The position numbers and the translations under genes were made by a program. Below the pieces are notes generated by a model. It did not search any database and had not been told where the DNA came from. It saw only the letters and a program-made list of their open reading frames with translations. Positions 37,997 to 47,152 of a DNA stretch of 64,000 nt are shown here, piece after piece. This stretch comes from Gemmatimonadaceae bacterium (GTDB lineage: Bacteria > Gemmatimonadota > Gemmatimonadetes > Gemmatimonadales > Gemmatimonadaceae), in assembly GCA_051859245.1 (NCBI GenBank), contig JBHYGA010000004.1, forward strand, positions 768,001 to 832,000. Direction: 5' to 3'. Numbering within the stretch: the stretch's first letter is position 1; each line of letters opens with the position of its first letter.

Positions 37997-39823
37997 ATGT
38001 CTCTGTCTGTGCTGGTACTTAGAACGCAAAAGGCGATCCGGTTTCGCACGCGTCTCCTGTCGATTGCCCGGCTTGGCGCAACGATCGCGCTGACGTTGGC
38101 GAGCCCGCAATTGGCCAGCGCACAGGTGTTGCGCGGACGCGTCCAATCGGTGTTGCCAGAGGGCGGCGCACCCGCTGCTGTCCGTGGCGCGCTGGTTGAA
38201 CTGCTCGACAGCACGCGCTCGGTTGTGGCTCGCCAGATCAGCGCGCCCAATGGCGTCTTCCGGTTTTTGTTGCCAGCCACCGGTCGCTACCAGCTTGATG
38301 TGCGTCGTATTGGATATCGGCGCGCCACGCCCGCGCCACTCACGGTGCGCACTGACACAACCGTCACGGTCACGCTGGACGTTGTCGCGATTGCGCTGCC
38401 GGCCGTCACATCACGCGAAGTCAATCGCTGTAGCAACGACCGCGAGCGCGGATCCGCGACATCGGTGTTGTGGGAATCTGCAGTTACGTCCATGCTCAGC
38501 GCGGCGGCTACCATGTCAGACAGTTCGTATGTGTTTGACCTGATGCCGAGTGTGCGTACGTACACCGTGCCCGATGCGATCATGCTCGACATCTCGCTAC
38601 GCGATGAACGTGTTGCCGACGTACGACCGTGGACCAGTTTGCCCGCGGCGGATCTGGCAGAGTTTGGATACGTGCGACTGGTGGGACGCTCGCTGGAGTA
38701 TGTCGCGCCCGATGTCGAGGCGCTGACGTCGGCCGAGTTTCTGGCCACGCACTGTTTGCGTTTGCGTCAGGATCGATTGAGTGAAGACATCATTGGCGTG
38801 GAGTTTGCGCCAGGCGAGCGCGTCACGCGTGCCGACATTCGCGGCGTGCTCTGGATCGATCGCCTGTCGCAGGAACTGCGTGCGATCGAATACACGTACG
38901 CCGCGGTGCCGTTGGCGGTGGCCGATTCGCTAGCGGGCGGCGTGGTAGAGTTTGCACCGCTCGACGGTGGCGGCTGGATGCCAAGTCGATGGATGGTGCG
39001 GAGTCCGATACCGGAACGGTCATTCGTTGATGCGGTTGCCTATCGCGGCGAAGACTTGCGTCGCGCAGGATTGCCTGTGGCGGTGCGCAACGTTGATCCA
39101 CCGCTGCGTGCTACGCGCATGCAAATGACTGGCGCCGATGTGCAGCGAGTGCGACGTGTTGTTGGACGCGATTCAACAATTATCTGGACGCGCACCACGG
39201 CGACGCTTGAGGTCACGGCCGAGTTCACGCAGAACAACGTGACCATGCCGGCCATGCGAGCGAACGTTCGTCTCTCTGGCTCGGATCGCCGCGGTGAAGC
39301 CGATGTGCTGGGCCGAGTGACGTTCGCCGAGTTGCCAGATGGGGAATATCTCGTTGAAGCGGTGACACCAACGGAATCGGCGCTGCACCTGATGCCCGAT
39401 CGCACGCCGGTCACGGTGCGCGCCGGTGAGTTGCGTAAAATGCAGGTGCCCGTGCTCGCGCCGGCGGCCGCTGTGGAACGCGCGTGCGGGCCGGCAATGC
39501 GCGGCGGCGTGATCTCTGGTCGCGTGTCGCGCGATGGACGCGCTTCATCGAACGCCACCGTCAGTGCGTGGCGGCGCAACATCGCGGCCGGCGACGCCGC
39601 GGCCGGCGACGCCGCGGAGCTCGAATCACTCGGCACCATCACCGCGGATAGCACGGGGCGTTTCCTGCTGTGCGGTGTGCCGCGAGGCGTGGAGCTCACG
39701 ATTATTGCGCGTGGGACAGACAAGTCCATGACGATTGATGAGCTGACTCTGCCGCTGTGGCGCGACGCCATCGGCGAATACGTCCGTACAGTAGAGCTGC
39801 GCTTGCCCTCTGCGGCTCGGTAG
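37997..39823 (+). CDS. Secreted carboxypeptidase-regulatory-like domain protein (head of the array; no plug domain)
   Basis: GAGG RBS; signal ..LASAQ; VRRIGY; middle domain shared with 26062-27987; GRFLLCGVP. Confidence 0.82.
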   Translation: MSLSVLVLRTQKAIRFRTRLLSIARLGATIALTLASPQLASAQVLRGRVQSVLPEGGAPAAVRGALVELLDSTRSVVARQISAPNGVFRFLLPATGRYQLDVRRIGYRRATPAPLTVRTDTTVTVTLDVVAIALPAVTSREVNRCSNDRERGSATSVLWESAVTSMLSAAATMSDSSYVFDLMPSVRTYTVPDAIMLDISLRDERVADVRPWTSLPAADLAEFGYVRLVGRSLEYVAPDVEALTSAEFLATHCLRLRQDRLSEDIIGVEFAPGERVTRADIRGVLWIDRLSQELRAIEYTYAAVPLAVADSLAGGVVEFAPLDGGGWMPSRWMVRSPIPERSFVDAVAYRGEDLRRAGLPVAVRNVDPPLRATRMQMTGADVQRVRRVVGRDSTIIWTRTTATLEVTAEFTQNNVTMPAMRANVRLSGSDRRGEADVLGRVTFAELPDGEYLVEAVTPTESALHLMPDRTPVTVRAGELRKMQVPVLAPAAAVERACGPAMRGGVISGRVSRDGRASSNATVSAWRRNIAAGDAAAGDAAELESLGTITADSTGRFLLCGVPRGVELTIIARGTDKSMTIDELTLPLWRDAIGEYVRTVELRLPSAAR

Positions 39824-39970
39824 GCGGCTGGCGCGATTGGTCACGGAACTCGTGATACAGGTCACGAGTATGAGCGTCTGGTCCCTGCGTATTCGGCGTG
39901 TGTATTCCCGATGTCAGAGTGACGCCCGCCTGTTCCTGCCGTTGCCTCCCGCCCGCTTTCGGAACCTCGC

Positions 39971-41314
39971 ATGTCTCAGCCTGCCACGCTGTGGAGATCG
40001 CTGTTCGCCGTTGCTGTGGCGCTGACTTCGGCTGCGAATCTCAACGCGCAACCGATGGCCATACCGGATACCGTGCGCGGCGTGGTCTTTGACAGTCTGG
40101 CGAATGAACCCCTGGCCGGCGCCTTCGTGGTCGCCAATGCGGCCGGTGCGTCTGTTGCCACCGATTCCCTTGGACAGTTTGTGCTCGTCAGCAGCGAGAC
40201 GGTCACGCAGCTGACCGCCTATCATCCGGCACTCGATGCCATGGGACTCGGCGCCATCTCCGCCCGACGGCCCGCGCGAACGGATCGCTGGCACTCGGCG
40301 TTGGTGGCCACGCCGTCGCTCAACACACTCTGGCCTAAAGTGTGTGGCTCAGGAAAGCCGGACCCGCAGCGCACCGGAATCATCACCGGCACGGCGCGCC
40401 TCGCGGACAACAGCACGCGCGTGTCCGGGGCAAGGGTGATGGTGCAGTGGGAATCGGTGTTCAGCGATGCGCGGAGTATTCGTGATCTCGATGTGATGAC
40501 CGATTCGGTTGGTGAATACGTGGTGTGCGGAGTGGAAGAGTTTGCGGAGCCGCGAATGGTGGCGCTATCTGATCAGGCACAGTCGGGTGCGATTGCGCTA
40601 CCGTCGCAGGTGCGTCCGCTGCGCCGAGTTGATCTGATCCTGTCGCCGACTGATGCGCCGCGGGTGGCGTTGCGTGGCCGCGTGCGCAACGAGCGGGGCG
40701 TGGGTGTGGAAGGAGTGCGCGTGACGCTCGACGGTGTTGAGGGCGAATGGGTGACATCGCGAGACGGCACGTTCAGTGTGATCGGTGCGCCGCTCGGCAC
40801 CCGCATGCTGTCATTGCGTGCGGTTGGCTATTCTCCCGTCTCGCAAGTGGTCGAAGTGTTGGGTGAATCAATGCCCGTGCTTGAGATTCCGCTGGAACGC
40901 ACGATTGAGCTGGAGGGTGTGCGCGTGACGGAACGAGTGGATCTCAGGCGAATACGCTCTGACTTTGAATCGCGCCGACGCGCCGGATGGGCGCGGTACG
41001 TTGATTCCTCGGCGATCGATAAAGCGCCCTTCGTTCGGGCCGCACTGAACATGGTGCAGGGCATCACGGTGCGACCCCTTCGTAACGCACCAACGACGGA
41101 GTTTGAAATTCTCGGGCGCTCCGGATGCCAGGCGCACATCTACATGGATGGGACCATCTCTGACATTGATGAAGTGAACCGCATTCCGAAGGAGCAGATT
41201 GCCGCAATTGAGATCTATGCGTCGGTCGCGTTCGCTCCCGCAACGCTGGTGCGCGTGAAGGCCGACAACTGCGCGGTTGCGGCCTTCTGGACCAAGTATG
41301 GACTACGCCCGTGA
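39971..41314 (+). CDS. Array paralogue 1: carboxypeptidase-regulatory-like domains plus TonB plug-like domain
   Basis: VRGVVFDSL, TPSLNTLWP, PLRRVDL, RAVGY, IAAIEIY, FWTKYGLRP. Confidence 0.88.
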   Translation: MSQPATLWRSLFAVAVALTSAANLNAQPMAIPDTVRGVVFDSLANEPLAGAFVVANAAGASVATDSLGQFVLVSSETVTQLTAYHPALDAMGLGAISARRPARTDRWHSALVATPSLNTLWPKVCGSGKPDPQRTGIITGTARLADNSTRVSGARVMVQWESVFSDARSIRDLDVMTDSVGEYVVCGVEEFAEPRMVALSDQAQSGAIALPSQVRPLRRVDLILSPTDAPRVALRGRVRNERGVGVEGVRVTLDGVEGEWVTSRDGTFSVIGAPLGTRMLSLRAVGYSPVSQVVEVLGESMPVLEIPLERTIELEGVRVTERVDLRRIRSDFESRRRAGWARYVDSSAIDKAPFVRAALNMVQGITVRPLRNAPTTEFEILGRSGCQAHIYMDGTISDIDEVNRIPKEQIAAIEIYASVAFAPATLVRVKADNCAVAAFWTKYGLRP

Positions 41315-41324
41315 GCAGACAGAC

Positions 41325-42725
41325 GTGAGGTCACTCGGAAGCGCGCCCCTGGGCACACCTGTGCGTGAAGGCTGGACACCTCTCGCCCATACCGTGTGCA
41401 CCCTTCTGTTGATCTCGCTGAGCGCCGTGCCGCTTCAGGCACAAGAACGCGTCGATCGCGTCAGGGGTGTTGTATTCGACAGTCTCGCGAACGAAGTGCT
41501 GGCGAACGCATTCGTCGTTGCCAGCCCCGGTGGCGCGACCGCAACGTCGGATTCACTCGGCCGGTTTGAGTTGATCAGCGACGTACGCGTCGCGCAGCTC
41601 ACCGTGTATCACGAAGCGTTGGACGGCATGGGACTTGGCGCGATCTCGGTTGAGCGTCCGGTCACGGCGTCGGTATGGCAAGACGTGACCGTGAGCACGC
41701 CGTCACTGAACACGATCTGGCCACGTGTGTGCGAAGGCCCGCCTCCGCGGAATGCGCGTCTCGGTATTGTCACCGGCACCGCGCGTCTTACGGACAATAC
41801 AACGCGCGTATCCGGTGCCAAGGTCATTGTGCAGTGGAAGCCGACCTCAAGTGGACCAGACGAGCTACAGAGCCTGGAAGCCACCACCGATTCGCTCGGC
41901 GACTATGTGCTGTGTGGTATTGAAGCATTCACGGAACCAATCATGGCGGCGCTGTCGGATCGCGCACAGTCCGGCGTGATCGCTATGCCATTGCAGGTGC
42001 GACCGCTCCGGCGCGTTGATCTGATTCTTGCCACGATTGATTCAGCACGCGCGCCAGAGGTCAGCACCGTTCGCGGACGCATGGTCAATGCACAAGGTGC
42101 GCCGGTGAGTGAGGTACGCGTGAGTATTGATGGACGTGAAGGGGAAGTACTGAGCGGTGACGACGGGACGTTCACGCTCACCGACGTGCCGCTGGGTACG
42201 CGCATGCTGGCGGTGCGCGCGGTAGGATACTCTCCTGTGTCGCAACCGGTAAATGTGTTGAGCGCACCGATGACGCCGCTGCGCATCTCACTCGCGCGCG
42301 CGGTTGAACTCGAAGGTGTGCGAATCACGGAGCGCGCCATCGTGCGGCGGGAGCGAAGCGAGTTTGATTTCAGGCGCCGAGCCGGATTCGGTCAGTTCGT
42401 CGACTCAACAGCGATCGCGCGCGCTCCGAATGTTCGCGCGGCGATACAAATGACGCATGGCGTGCGAATCACGGCGTGGGTTCCGGAAGGGAGCAATGTC
42501 CCCACATCCGGCTTTGATATTCGTGGGCGCAATGGTTGTAGAGCGCACATCTGGCTTGATGGTACGCCCTCAACCATCGACGAAGTGAATGCTGTTCCGC
42601 AAGCGAACATTGCCGCCATCGAGTTCTATTCGAGCGTCGCCTTCGCTCCGGTGCGATCTATCAACGTGCGCGCCGATGTGTGCGCTGTCGCGATCGTCTG
42701 GACGAAAAACGGATTGCGTCCGTGA
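41325..42725 (+). CDS. Array paralogue 2 (start uncertain: 41298/41325/41361)
   Basis: Same motifs; ends VWTKNGLRP. Confidence 0.85.
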   Translation: MRSLGSAPLGTPVREGWTPLAHTVCTLLLISLSAVPLQAQERVDRVRGVVFDSLANEVLANAFVVASPGGATATSDSLGRFELISDVRVAQLTVYHEALDGMGLGAISVERPVTASVWQDVTVSTPSLNTIWPRVCEGPPPRNARLGIVTGTARLTDNTTRVSGAKVIVQWKPTSSGPDELQSLEATTDSLGDYVLCGIEAFTEPIMAALSDRAQSGVIAMPLQVRPLRRVDLILATIDSARAPEVSTVRGRMVNAQGAPVSEVRVSIDGREGEVLSGDDGTFTLTDVPLGTRMLAVRAVGYSPVSQPVNVLSAPMTPLRISLARAVELEGVRITERAIVRRERSEFDFRRRAGFGQFVDSTAIARAPNVRAAIQMTHGVRITAWVPEGSNVPTSGFDIRGRNGCRAHIWLDGTPSTIDEVNAVPQANIAAIEFYSSVAFAPVRSINVRADVCAVAIVWTKNGLRP

Positions 42726-44095
42726 GGAACGTTGTTGCGGCGCTTGCGCTGGCGTGGATGCCACTCGCAGGTGCGCAGGCCCAAAACCCACCGCCCGTGA
42801 TCGACACCGTGCTCATCACCTCCTGCAAAACGGTGTGCGATGTGGTGTCCGGCGTGGTGTACGACAGCCTCGTCCGCGAGCCACTCGCTGGCGCGCTTGT
42901 GGTCGCACGGCCGAGCGGTATCACCGTGACCACCGATTCGGTTGGACGCTTTCTCATCTCCAGCGAAGAGCGCGTGAACGAGCTCACGGTGTATCACGAA
43001 GCGCTCGATAACATGGGTCTCGGTGCGCTCGTGACAACGAGACCGGCGAACGCCGCCACGTGGACGAATGTCACCATTGCCACACCGTCGCTGCTGACCA
43101 TCTGGCCCAAGATCTGTGGCGGTGACAAACGGCCTGTTGGTCTGCGTGCGGTAGTACTCAGCGGTTCGTTACGTCTCGCCGACAACAACACGCGTGTGTC
43201 GGGTGCGAAAGTGCTGGTGCAGTGGCCCAAACCACCGGGCGCCAGCGGCGACGATCTGCGCTCTACAGAAACGGTCAGTGATTCGCTCGGCAACTTTCTC
43301 GTGTGTGGTGTGGAAGAGTTTGCTGAGCCGTCGCTGCTGGCGATCTCCGCCGAAGCGCAATCAGGAATCGTTACCATGCCCGCCGACTCACGTCCGTTGC
43401 GGCGCGTCGACCTGGTGCTTGGTCGCCTTGGTGCAGGCGCAGCGCGGGCCTCACTGCGCGGCATCATCACGAACAACACCGGTATTCCGCTGCGCGATAT
43501 GCGTGTGGGCATTGATGGACGCGAAGGAGAAGTTGTCACCGGGAGCGACGGCACGTTCACGCTCGACAACGTGCCGCTCGGCTCACGCATGCTCTCGGTG
43601 CGTTCGGTTGGCTATTCGCCGCTGTTGCAAGTGGTTGATGTGCTCGAAGCAGACAACGCGCGCATTACGATCCCCATGGAGAAACCGTTTGCGATTGAAG
43701 GTGTGACCGTGACCGCGCGAAGCATCGTGCGACGCGATCGGCAAGAGTTCGAAATGCGGCGGCGCGCCGGATGGGGACGATTTGTGGACTCGACGGCGAT
43801 CAATCGCGTGCCCTTCGTTCGCCAGGCGCTGCAGTCGGTGCCCGGTGTGAACGTGACCACGTCGCCCTATTCAGCAACGGAGTTTGTGATCAGGGGACGC
43901 CGCGGATGCCCGGCGATTTTCTGGGTAGACGGTGTGGAAGATCCCGATGGACTTGTGCAGCGTATTCCCAAGGAGAACATCGCCGCCATCGAGGTATACC
44001 CGAGCTCCGCGCTTGCTCCGGGGCGCTACGTGAAAGTCATGGCCGATGACTGTCCGGTCGTGCTCTTCTGGACCAAGAACGGGCTGCGTCCGTGA
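42722..44095 (+). CDS. Array paralogue 3
   Basis: GTGA overlap; same motifs; ends FWTKNGLRP. Confidence 0.88.
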   Translation: MRNVVAALALAWMPLAGAQAQNPPPVIDTVLITSCKTVCDVVSGVVYDSLVREPLAGALVVARPSGITVTTDSVGRFLISSEERVNELTVYHEALDNMGLGALVTTRPANAATWTNVTIATPSLLTIWPKICGGDKRPVGLRAVVLSGSLRLADNNTRVSGAKVLVQWPKPPGASGDDLRSTETVSDSLGNFLVCGVEEFAEPSLLAISAEAQSGIVTMPADSRPLRRVDLVLGRLGAGAARASLRGIITNNTGIPLRDMRVGIDGREGEVVTGSDGTFTLDNVPLGSRMLSVRSVGYSPLLQVVDVLEADNARITIPMEKPFAIEGVTVTARSIVRRDRQEFEMRRRAGWGRFVDSTAINRVPFVRQALQSVPGVNVTTSPYSATEFVIRGRRGCPAIFWVDGVEDPDGLVQRIPKENIAAIEVYPSSALAPGRYVKVMADDCPVVLFWTKNGLRP

Positions 44096-45588
44096 GTGCG
44101 ACTGTGCGCCGCTTCGCGATCGCCACGTGTCGATCCGTAATGGCGACGGTATTGACCGTCGCATCAGTCGCATTGACGAGCACAACCGCGAAGGCGCAGG
44201 ACCCACCGCCGCTTCAACTCCCGGACACGCTGCTGGTCATGATCTGCAAGCAGGCCTGCGATGTTGTGAGTGGTGTTGTCTTTGACAGTCTCGCCGACGC
44301 ACCGCTCAGCGGCGCGTTCGTTGTCGCGCAACCAACGGGCGTCACCACCACCACCGATTCACTCGGACGATTCATCATTGCCAGCGACGGTCGTGTGCAG
44401 CAGCTCACGGCGTATCACAGCGCGCTCGACGAGCTCGGACTCGGCGCATTGACGGCGTCACGTCCCGCCGGTGATGGCGAATGGAAACGCGTTCGCATTG
44501 CGACACCGTCGCTGCCCACGATCTGGCCGCGACTGTGTCCCGCGACTCCTTTGCTGCGCTCGCGTGGTGTGATCCTCACCGGAAGCGCACGCTTGAGCGA
44601 TAACACCACGCGACTGGCCGGAGCGAAAATTCTTGCGCAGTGGCCCGCACCTCCAACAGATATCGCCAGTGACGCGCCGACCTCTGCACAAACGCTGACT
44701 GATTCCAGCGGCGGTTTTGTTATCTGTGGCGTCGCGGATTTTGTGGAGCCGGCGATTGTGGCGCTCTCCGCCGAAGCGCAAAGTGGTGTTGTCTTGCTGC
44801 CTGCGGATCCGCGGCCGTTGCGGCGTGTGGATCTCGTGATGGCCCCAACGACTGCGACACCAACGATTGTTCGTGGCCGCGTCGTGAATGAGTGGAACGC
44901 GCCGCTTCCGGATGTGCGCGTGAGTATTGACGGGCGTGACGGGGATGTCATCACCGGCAGCGACGGCGTGTTTCGACTGCCAGACGTGCCGTTGGGCTCG
45001 CGCATGCTCTCAGTACGCCGGATTGGATTTCCTATGGCAATGCAGGTGGTACACGTGGTGGAAGGCGACATGGAGCCGTTGGACGTGTCGATCACGCGCA
45101 CCTACACGCTCGGTACCATCAAACTCTCGCCCACTGAAACCGTACGCCGCGAGCGCGCCGATTTTGAACTGCGCAAACGCACAGGCGTCGGGTTTTTTAT
45201 TGACTCCACCACCCTGCAAAAGGCACCCGATTTACGAACCGCGCTCAAGGCCGCACCAGGAATCTCGATTATTGAGCCCATCGCCCAGGCCGCACGTCAG
45301 CCCACGGCGGCTGATCGTGCGCAGGTCGTCAGCGGTGCCCCCACCTCGTCGCAAGTGGTATTTGAACTGCGCGGCCCGGGCACTTGCCGTCTGAATGTGT
45401 ATCTGGACGGTGTGCTGGACCCCGCCTACACCCCACTTTTCACCAACAAGGGCGAGTTCGCCGCCATCGAGGTGTACGCGCGCGCGGCCGACGTGCCGCG
45501 TGACATCATCGTCTCGCGTCGCCAGACCGTGTACGCCAGTCGCTGCGGGGCGGTCTTTTTCTGGACGCGATTCGGACTCCGACCCTGA
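44092..45588 (+). CDS. Array paralogue 4
   Basis: GTGA overlap; same motifs with an insertion in the plug-like domain; ends FWTRFGLRP. Confidence 0.88.
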   Translation: MSATVRRFAIATCRSVMATVLTVASVALTSTTAKAQDPPPLQLPDTLLVMICKQACDVVSGVVFDSLADAPLSGAFVVAQPTGVTTTTDSLGRFIIASDGRVQQLTAYHSALDELGLGALTASRPAGDGEWKRVRIATPSLPTIWPRLCPATPLLRSRGVILTGSARLSDNTTRLAGAKILAQWPAPPTDIASDAPTSAQTLTDSSGGFVICGVADFVEPAIVALSAEAQSGVVLLPADPRPLRRVDLVMAPTTATPTIVRGRVVNEWNAPLPDVRVSIDGRDGDVITGSDGVFRLPDVPLGSRMLSVRRIGFPMAMQVVHVVEGDMEPLDVSITRTYTLGTIKLSPTETVRRERADFELRKRTGVGFFIDSTTLQKAPDLRTALKAAPGISIIEPIAQAARQPTAADRAQVVSGAPTSSQVVFELRGPGTCRLNVYLDGVLDPAYTPLFTNKGEFAAIEVYARAADVPRDIIVSRRQTVYASRCGAVFFWTRFGLRP

Positions 45589-45652
45589 TACTCATCCCAC
45601 CCGTCTTGCCCGCATGGGTGGTCGCGCGCCTCGTGCTCCGTCATTTTGGTGT

Positions 45653-47074
45653 ATGCAGATTCTCACGTCCCCCCGCTCCATCGCCGCCGCGCTCCTGGTT
45701 GGGCTGACCACCGTGTTGGCGTCCGCCGAGTTCACGCACGCGTCGTCGATTCCAGGTGCTCGCACGCCGCACGCGGCACCAGACACGGTGCGCGGCCTCG
45801 TGTACGACAGCCTCACCAACACGCCGCTCGCCGACGCGTTTGTCACCGCCGAGGGCGCGGGTGCGTCCACCACGAGCGATTCACTCGGACGCTTTACGCT
45901 CGTGAGTGAACAGCGCATTACGCGCATCACCGCGTTTCACGAAGCGCTTGACCAAACTGGATTTGGTGGTGTGCAGGCCGAACGTCCGGCCAACACGGAG
46001 CGGTGGACCAACGCAACGCTGGCCACACCGTCGCTCAACACGGTCTGGCGCAACGTGTGCAAACTGGAGCTGCCGGCCGGCGACAAGCGCGGTGTACTGG
46101 TGGGCAGCGCGCGTTTACCCGACAATACCACGCGCATTGCCGGTGCCGCCATTCGTGTGCAATACGAAGTGATTCTGCCGCGTACTGGACTCGCGCAGCT
46201 TGAAGAACTCGAGGCCATTACCGATTCCCTCGGCAGCTTTGTGGTGTGTGGTGCACCCGTGTTTGGCGAAGTGGCGGTGATTGGCTTGTCGTCACAGGTG
46301 CAGTCTGGTGCCGTGCGCGTGGCGTTTGAATCGCGTCCGCTGTTGCGACTTGATCTGGTGCTCGGGCCCGTTGACGGACCGGTGGCCAAGTGGCCCACGA
46401 TTACGGGGCGCGTGGTATCCGACAGCAACACTGCGATTGTGGGTGCGCAGGTATCGATTGACGGACGTGATAGTGCCGTGATCACCGGTGCAGACGGCAG
46501 CTTCACATTGCGCCAGGTACCAACAGGCTCGCGCATGCTCACCGCGTCGGCGACCGGATTTCCCGCGCTGGCCGTGCAGGTGGACGTGCTCAACGAGAAT
46601 ACGCCGGCCGTGACGGTGCAGATGCAGCGCGGCTTTACCATTGCCGGTCTTGAAGGACTCAATGTCACCGAGCGTACGACAATCCGTCGCTCACGGCGCG
46701 ATTTTGAAGAACGGCGCGCCGAAGGACGTGCCTGGTTCGTGGATTCCAGCGAGATCTCGACCGCGGGTTCGTTGCGTGCGGCACTCACCGGGGTGCCTGG
46801 ACTGATGATCGAAACGGCCATTGGCGAGACCGACGAAAAGCTCTTCGACATTTTTTCGTACGGCCGCAACTTCGGTGTGCGCGCCTGCCAGGCGGCCCTG
46901 TTCATTGATGCGGTCCCGGCCAAAATCGCCGATATCCGGGCCCTCGCCGTGGCTGAAATCGCCGCCATCGAAGTGTACCGAAACGAGGCCTACGCCCCGG
47001 AAATCTTCAGCGCCTTCGCCAAGGGCGACTGTGCCGTGGTGGGCTTCTGGACCCGGTTCGGCCTGCGTCCGTAG
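45653..47074 (+). CDS. Array paralogue 5
   Basis: Signal from ATG 45653; VRGLVYDSL, IAAIEVY; ends FWTRFGLRP. Confidence 0.86.
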   Translation: MQILTSPRSIAAALLVGLTTVLASAEFTHASSIPGARTPHAAPDTVRGLVYDSLTNTPLADAFVTAEGAGASTTSDSLGRFTLVSEQRITRITAFHEALDQTGFGGVQAERPANTERWTNATLATPSLNTVWRNVCKLELPAGDKRGVLVGSARLPDNTTRIAGAAIRVQYEVILPRTGLAQLEELEAITDSLGSFVVCGAPVFGEVAVIGLSSQVQSGAVRVAFESRPLLRLDLVLGPVDGPVAKWPTITGRVVSDSNTAIVGAQVSIDGRDSAVITGADGSFTLRQVPTGSRMLTASATGFPALAVQVDVLNENTPAVTVQMQRGFTIAGLEGLNVTERTTIRRSRRDFEERRAEGRAWFVDSSEISTAGSLRAALTGVPGLMIETAIGETDEKLFDIFSYGRNFGVRACQAALFIDAVPAKIADIRALAVAEIAAIEVYRNEAYAPEIFSAFAKGDCAVVGFWTRFGLRP

Positions 47075-47152
47075 GGCTCGCTGATGGCCGCCGGGGGCGT
47101 GCCACGGGGTGGAAAGACCCCGAACCGTCCCCGGATTGGTTAGCTTTCATGA

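Noticed and set aside
39971..47074. Array as DGR target, phase-variable cassette or assembly duplication
   Set aside because: Copies diverge throughout, including synonymous sites; no reverse transcriptase, recombinase or near-identical repeats
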